In this document: piece after piece, positions 7,059 to 11,302 of the stretch
Layout of the letters: each line of letters opens with the position of its first letter
How positions within the stretch are numbered: position 1 is the stretch's first letter
DNA from: Candidatus Asbonarchaeum danakilense
Lineage (GTDB): Archaea > Nanohalarchaeota > Nanosalinia > Nanosalinales > Nanoanaerosalinaceae
Assembly (NCBI GenBank): GCA_034190465.1
Contig: JAXINV010000017.1
Coordinates: 1-11,302, forward strand
Length of the DNA: 11,302 nucleotides
Reading direction: 5' to 3'
Program-made: the position numbers and the translations under genes
The notes under the pieces: model-generated
What the model was told of the DNA's origin: nothing
Databases searched by the model: none
Seen by the model: the letters and a program-made list of their open reading frames with translations, nothing else

Positions 7059-7539
7059 TGCAGTGGTGCCGGGCCGGTTCCAGCCGCCGCACGTGGGCCA
7101 CGCCTACATGATCGAGCTGGCTGTCGGGCGGTACGACGAGGTCTACATCGGTGTCGCAACCCATGAACAGGGCACGGAACGCAACCCGCTAAGCTACGAG
7201 GACCGCCGGTACGTGCTGGAGGAGGCGTTCGAGGACGTCCATGTCTACGAGATGGAACGCCCGCGCGACCCTGACTACGTCGAGCGACAGTTCGAGGAGG
7301 AGCTGCCGGAGGACGTGGAGGTCGTGACGGGGAACGAGGAGACGGAGGCGTTCGTGGAGGACCTGGGCGTCGAGGTCCGGATGCTGGATGAGCTGGCCGA
7401 TCTGACGTACAGCGGCACGAGGATCCGGCAACGTGCCCGGCAGGGAGATTCGTGGCGTCACCTGGTGCCGGACGGGGTCGATGAGCTGCTGGACGAGGTC
7501 GGGTTCGAGGAGCAGCTCCGCCGGCTGTCAGAAGGATGA
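7051..7539 (+). CDS. nadM: NadM/NMNAT-like nucleotidyltransferase, paralog C (162 aa)
   Basis: The likely start is ATG 7051 (MADAVVPGRFQPPHVGH). Also NPLSYEDR, VTGN, YSGTRIRQR, WRHLVP. Overlaps paralog B by 8 nt (ATGGCTGA). Confidence 0.85.
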   Translation: MADAVVPGRFQPPHVGHAYMIELAVGRYDEVYIGVATHEQGTERNPLSYEDRRYVLEEAFEDVHVYEMERPRDPDYVERQFEEELPEDVEVVTGNEETEAFVEDLGVEVRMLDELADLTYSGTRIRQRARQGDSWRHLVPDGVDELLDEVGFEEQLRRLSEG

Positions 7540-7542
7540 TAC

Positions 7543-7622
7543 CGCCCTCAGCTCTTGACTTCTCCCCGTTGCGGGGTCGACCGGGGTGCTCCTCGTGGAG
7601 CTCCCGGGGTCATCATCGGGCG
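7543..7622 (-). ncRNA. Candidate box C/D (kink-turn) small RNA
   Basis: Minus strand reads CGCCC-G-AUGAUGA-(58 nt)-CUGA-GGGCG. This gives a perfect C box and D box closed by a 5-bp terminal stem with the canonical 3-nt K-turn bulge. It is entirely intergenic. Confidence 0.6.
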
Positions 7623-7700
7623 TACCGTTTTTGCTCGGCAAGGCTTTTATCCGCTGTGTTTCTTAAACCGCTCTGCCGCATACTGGCGGTGTGATGCACG

Positions 7701-8285
7701 ATGACGGAGCAGACATGGATCGCGGAACGGCTCGGTGACCAGGCGGAAACACATGAGGCGTTCGAGGACGCGGTGTTCGCGGAGGGGACGCTGGATGCGA
7801 AGGAGAAACGCCTCTGCGCGGTGGCTGCTGCGAACATGGCCCGTGACCGTGGCGGGCTGCAGGAGCAGATCGAGAAGGCGAAGGAGGCGGGCGCGGACGA
7901 GGACGATCTCGCTGGCGCGCTGAGCATGGCCTGGATGACCGCGGGGAGCACGCAGATCTACTGGGCGCAGGACGTGTTCGAGGAGCAGATCGAGCATGCC
8001 TGGTACAAGCGCCGGCTCGGTGAGGCATCGAAGGCGTTCGGCGAGTTCCACGATGCTATCATGGAGGACGGACCGCTGCCTGAGGTGTTTATGGAGCTGC
8101 TTGGTGTTGTGGTCGGCTGCATGGGGCGGTGCGAGCACTGTGTTGAGGCACATATCCAGCAGGCGCTGGACAAGGGCGCGACGAAGGACCAGGTCGCGGA
8201 GGCGCTGGGCGTGGTCTGGTACATCGGCGGCCGGTCCCAGGTGACGTGGCTGGAGGACCGGCTGGATGAGCTGCTGACGGGGTGA
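7701..8285 (+). CDS. Carboxymuconolactone decarboxylase (CMD)/AhpD-like protein with two domains
   Basis: Two CMD repeats (EGTLDAKEKRLCAVAAA...AKEAGADEDDLAGAL and DGPLPEVFMELLGVVVG...ALDKGATKDQVAEAL). The AhpD-type CxxCxxxH motif (RCEHCVEAH) is present only in the second. Confidence 0.88.
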   Translation: MTEQTWIAERLGDQAETHEAFEDAVFAEGTLDAKEKRLCAVAAANMARDRGGLQEQIEKAKEAGADEDDLAGALSMAWMTAGSTQIYWAQDVFEEQIEHAWYKRRLGEASKAFGEFHDAIMEDGPLPEVFMELLGVVVGCMGRCEHCVEAHIQQALDKGATKDQVAEALGVVWYIGGRSQVTWLEDRLDELLTG

Positions 8286-8561
8286 TCCTGTCCGGCTATG
8301 GCTGTGCGCTGGGAGGGTTCGGGGTCGCTGACGCGGTGCTGCCGGTCGTCGGTACTGTGGGCAGATCAGTGGCCCAGGCGATTGTTGTACTGTGGTACAA
8401 GGGTCTGTACGATGCCGGCTGTGAAAAGGGAGCACGGTGCCTATCCGTTACAAGTATCCTGTCTGCTGTAGGGAATGTTTCCCTACCGGACAGATAACAC
8501 GTGTCGATCGGCGGAGTGACGGCAGGGGATTTTCTTTCAGCCGGAGCCGCGACCGCTAATG

Positions 8562-8600
8562 TTTATTAAGGAGGGCTCCCAGTTAATGGGATAGAGGTGA
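8562..8600 (+). promoter_or_regulatory. TATA box and Shine-Dalgarno of the histone gene
   Basis: TTTATTAA at 8562-8569 and GAGGTGA at 8594-8600, 6 nt before ATG 8607. Confidence 0.75.
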
Positions 8601-8606
8601 GAAATC

Positions 8607-8813
8607 ATGGCAGAACTACCACGCGCACCTCTGGAACGGCTTCTGAGGCAGGCTGGTGCAGAACGAGTCTCCGATGCAGCTACCGAAGCACTTCGGGAAG
8701 CTGTTGAGGAAGAGGCTCTGGACCTGGCAGAACGGGCCAGGAATTACGCCCAGCACGCCAACAGAAAGACCGTCCAGAGAGAGGACGTCCAGGCTGCACG
8801 ACGTGAGCGATAA
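8607..8813 (+). CDS. Archaeal histone, single-fold HMf type (68 aa)
   Basis: MAELPRAPLERLLRQAGAERVSDAA...A.HANRKTVQREDV matches the HMfA/B hallmarks ELP.AP..R, RVS and HA.RKT....D. Confidence 0.96.
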   Translation: MAELPRAPLERLLRQAGAERVSDAATEALREAVEEEALDLAERARNYAQHANRKTVQREDVQAARRER

Positions 8814-8822
8814 GTCGCTCCA

Positions 8823-8876
8823 GGCAGTCACCGTGACTGCCCAGCCTGCAAACTTTTTTCTTTTCTTTTTTCTTCT
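8823..8876 (+). terminator. Hairpin plus oligo-T terminator after the histone gene
   Basis: Perfect inverted repeat GGCAGTCAC-C-GTGACTGCC (8823-8841) followed by TTTTTTCTTTTCTTTTTTCTTCT (8854-8876), between convergent genes. Confidence 0.75.
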
Positions 8877-8893
8877 CACACCCTGTGGACCGT

Positions 8894-9160
8894 CTAACGG
8901 CACGATGTCCTGTTGACCGGCCGACAGTGCTCGATACCCTGGCACCGGTACTGCGGCGGATACGATTCCATGACGAGGAGGTCGCCGTAGCAGGTGCAGG
9001 CGGCGTAGTACTGCTCACACATGACCGTGGAACCGTTGACAGTGGTCCGCTCCAGGTTGAACTTCTCGTACGTCGTCCCCGACTGCAGCGCGGCCCCGAG
9101 ACTGAGGATGAGCAGTGCCCCGACGAGGAGGCCGCCGGCATGCTGTCGGGTGAACTCCAT
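8894..9160 (-). CDS. Small membrane-anchored/secreted Cys-rich protein (6 Cys)
   Basis: N-terminal hydrophobic helix GGLLVGALLILSLGAAL, then C..CxC...SYPPQYRC..C..C. The ATG overlaps the upstream stop (TGATG); the alternative start is GTG 9163. Confidence 0.75.
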   Translation of the reverse strand: MEFTRQHAGGLLVGALLILSLGAALQSGTTYEKFNLERTTVNGSTVMCEQYYAACTCYGDLLVMESYPPQYRCQGIEHCRPVNRTSCR

Positions 9161-9663
9161 CACCGCTCGACCTCGTGCCTGTCGTCGCTGTCCTGCCGGA
9201 CGCTGTCGGGAAGGTTCCTGTCACGCTCCTTCTCACCTTCCTCCCGGAGGTAGGCGCCGGAGACGTTGTCGCTCAGCTGGCCGAGCAGCTCCATGCCTTC
9301 GATGAATGCCTGCTGGTCGTGCTCGTATTCTCCTTTCCGGCGCTCGTTCTCCCCGGCCCGGCGCTCCATGTCGTACCGGCCCTTTTCATCGCCCCGCTGC
9401 TTGTGCCTGTCTGCCTGTGCTTTGAGCGATCCGGCTGATTCTTCGGCGCTGGCCCGCTGCAGTGAGGATTCGGCGTACAGGTCGACGAGCATCTGGGCGA
9501 ACCGGCGCTCGGTGTCTGCGTCCAGTTCGTCGTCCTCCATGGCCTGCTCCCTGGCCTGTTCGAAGGTGTCCTCCCAGTCCTGGTAGGCGTCCATGTCCCG
9601 GAGCGCGACCTCGATGTTGGTGAACGTGCTCTCGTACTCGACCTCGTCGCTGTCGTATGCCAT
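9160..9663 (-). CDS. Acidic, predicted alpha-helical hypothetical protein (167 aa)
   Basis: Very D/E-rich with host-like codon usage. A CTTAAG TATA-like box (9689-9694) lies about 26-31 nt upstream of the ATG. Confidence 0.78.
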   Translation of the reverse strand: MAYDSDEVEYESTFTNIEVALRDMDAYQDWEDTFEQAREQAMEDDELDADTERRFAQMLVDLYAESSLQRASAEESAGSLKAQADRHKQRGDEKGRYDMERRAGENERRKGEYEHDQQAFIEGMELLGQLSDNVSGAYLREEGEKERDRNLPDSVRQDSDDRHEVER

Positions 9664-9697
9664 ACTGGCGAGATTGCCCCTGCCGGTACTTAAGGAT

Positions 9698-10204
9698 TCA
9701 CCTGACCAGGTCCTGCAACCACTGCCCGATCAACCGTCCGAATGCGATCTCCCGGGGCTCGTCACCGTCCTGCGGCTCGACCTGCGCGGTGTCGATGCCG
9801 TACAGGTTGCCGCCGACGGTGTCGGTCAACGGTGTGTCGCCGATGACGAGTGTCTCGTCTTTCTCCGCTTCGACGTCCTGCAGCGCGTCCCTGAACGAGC
9901 CGGGCAACGGTTTCCGATACGCTGTGTCGACGATGTCTGCGTCCAGCTGGTCTTCGAACACGTCACGCCGGCCGTCGAGGCTGTCGTTGGACAGGACCCT
10001 GACCTGGAACCGGTCGGCTGCCTCCTGGTACCAGTCGCGGATGTCGTCGCTGAGCTCGTCGTCGCCGTACCCGGTCAGGGTCTGGTCCAGGTCGACAAGC
10101 AGTGCCTGGTAGCCGTGGTCCTCGAGGTCGTCGAGGTCGATGTCGGTGACGCTGTCGTACTGTCTGTCGGGCAGCAGGTAGTCGGCGGCGATGTCACGCA
10201 GCAC
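9698..10204 (-). CDS. yqeG: YqeG-family HAD IIIA phosphatase (168 aa)
   Basis: LLPDRQYDSVTDIDLDDL..G..ALLVDLDQTL (motif I DxD), VLSN (motif II), RKP (motif III), VIGDTPLTDTVGGN (motif IV). The likely start is GTG 10204, just after the upstream TAG, with an SD-like GGTGG. Confidence 0.85.
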   Translation of the reverse strand: MLRDIAADYLLPDRQYDSVTDIDLDDLEDHGYQALLVDLDQTLTGYGDDELSDDIRDWYQEAADRFQVRVLSNDSLDGRRDVFEDQLDADIVDTAYRKPLPGSFRDALQDVEAEKDETLVIGDTPLTDTVGGNLYGIDTAQVEPQDGDEPREIAFGRLIGQWLQDLVR

Positions 10205-10206
10205 GG

Positions 10207-11268
10207 CTACCACCGCGCCACCCAGCCGTCCAGGCCGTCGAACCCTGCCTCGAATGTCTCGGCGGGCTGCTGGAAGAAGTCGCTGTCCTGGCTGAACGCG
10301 GCGCCATGGAGACCCTGGTCGAGGAGATCTTCTTCCACGCCCTGCACGACGTCCTTGATCTGTTCGCGCTTGGAGCGCTGCTGGATGAACGGGGCGTGGA
10401 AGAGGATATGGTCGGCGTCCAGGTCGCGTTCGGGGGCGGCGATCTGCTGGAACGAGAGCTCCAGGCCGGATGCCTTGGCGCTCTGCTCGGCGCTGTCCAG
10501 GTGTTCGTCGCTGCCCCGGAGGTCGACGTCGTGGATGTCCATGTCCTGTTTGGCCTGCTGGGCGACGGCGGCGTACTGCTCCATGTCGTACCGCTCGATG
10601 TCCATGAAGGCGAACTTGCGGCTGGCGTTGGGGATGTTGCATTCGATCCTGCCGGCTTCGATGGGGATGATGCCGGCGCCGCAGAACGGGTCGAGCAGGG
10701 AGTCACCGGGCTGCCAGTCGCTGGCCCTGACGAGGCAGTTGGCGAGGACGGGCGGTGTCCGCGGCTCGTCGGTGCGCAGGTACGGCCGCTGGTTGAGTGA
10801 GTCGCCGGTGGTGTCGATCCCGAGGTAGGCGTCGTCGCCGAACAGGTCGAGGCGGAAGACGCGGTCGGGGTCGTCGAGGTCGACGCTGAGCGTTTCGCCC
10901 TGCTGCTCCTCGTACAGGTCGACGATGGCCTGGCCGGCCTGCCGCGCGATGTCGGGCGAGGAGAAGTCGTGGTCGCCCTGCCGAGTGACACGGACGGCGA
11001 AGGTTTCGTCGGGCTTGATGAGGTCGCTGATGTCGGTTTCAAGCGCCTCGTATGCGTCGCCGGGCTCATGCAGTGTGAAGTCGGCGAGCAGTTCGATGAA
11101 CCTGGCGCAGCTGCCGGCGAGGTAGTTGGCCCGGAAGACGGTCTGTCCGTCGCCGTCGAGGAGGACACGTCCGGGCGCGGTATGGGTGACGTCGGCGTCT
11201 GTGACGGTTTCGAGGTCGTCGACTGCCTGCTGTTCGAGGCCGTACGGGGTGTAGCCGAGGAGCTGCAT
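10207..11268 (-). CDS. THUMP-domain RNA methyltransferase (Trm14/RlmL-like, m2G family)
   Basis: N-terminal TPYGLE, THUMP core TFAVRVTRQGDHDFSSPDIARQAGQAI...VDLDDPD, then GIDTTGDSLNQRPY and SAM-binding motif I LLDPFCGAGIIPIEA. Confidence 0.87.
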   Translation of the reverse strand: MQLLGYTPYGLEQQAVDDLETVTDADVTHTAPGRVLLDGDGQTVFRANYLAGSCARFIELLADFTLHEPGDAYEALETDISDLIKPDETFAVRVTRQGDHDFSSPDIARQAGQAIVDLYEEQQGETLSVDLDDPDRVFRLDLFGDDAYLGIDTTGDSLNQRPYLRTDEPRTPPVLANCLVRASDWQPGDSLLDPFCGAGIIPIEAGRIECNIPNASRKFAFMDIERYDMEQYAAVAQQAKQDMDIHDVDLRGSDEHLDSAEQSAKASGLELSFQQIAAPERDLDADHILFHAPFIQQRSKREQIKDVVQGVEEDLLDQGLHGAAFSQDSDFFQQPAETFEAGFDGLDGWVARW

Positions 11269-11302
11269 GGGGCGGTATGGCGCGTGGGTCTTTTTGTAGT
11301 TC

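Noticed and set aside
8410..8445. AAGGGAGCA resembling SRP RNA helix 8
   Set aside because: The required upstream CAGG and paired GNRA-capped stem are absent. RNase P (GAGGAAAGUCC) and tRNA T-loop signatures were also not found.
8282..8497. 71-aa ORF after the CMD gene
   Set aside because: It is non-acidic, has atypical codon use and shows no recognisable motif. It is probably spurious, although the GTGA overlap means it cannot be fully excluded.
6029..10204. Functional link between yqeG and the NMNAT genes by analogy to the Bacillus yqeG-nadD operon
   Set aside because: They are on opposite strands and separated by unrelated genes, and these enzymes are NadM-type rather than NadD. The proximity is probably coincidental.
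9593..11168. ORFs 9593..10828 (+), 10194..11168 (-) and the 10205-10642 extension of the HAD ORF
   Set aside because: These are alternative-frame or antisense shadows of the THUMP methyltransferase and YqeG genes.

Overview
This GC-rich window encodes mostly very acidic proteins and is most consistent with a halophilic archaeon. It is probably a nanohaloarchaeon (DPANN), inferred from the single-fold histone and the pilin-like/large surface protein pair. Gene order: decayed coding remnant; conserved haloarchaeal-type hypothetical protein; winged-helix regulator (-); 1307-aa secreted mosaic adhesin (PA14, Ig-like, three Cys-pair repeats, nested ILEI lectin) coupled to a class III signal peptide (type IV pilin-like) gene; three overlapping, diverged NadM/NMNAT-like nucleotidyltransferase paralogs; a candidate box C/D kink-turn RNA (-); a double-domain CMD/AhpD protein; a ~320-bp repeat-rich non-coding spacer; an HMf-type histone with promoter, SD and terminator; then on the minus strand a small 6-Cys membrane protein, an acidic helical protein, a YqeG-type HAD phosphatase and a THUMP-methyltransferase with an altered catalytic motif. 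The most notable items are the NMNAT triplet, the nested mosaic adhesin-pilin module and the unannotated K-turn RNA. All family assignments come from motif recognition by eye; no database searches were run.
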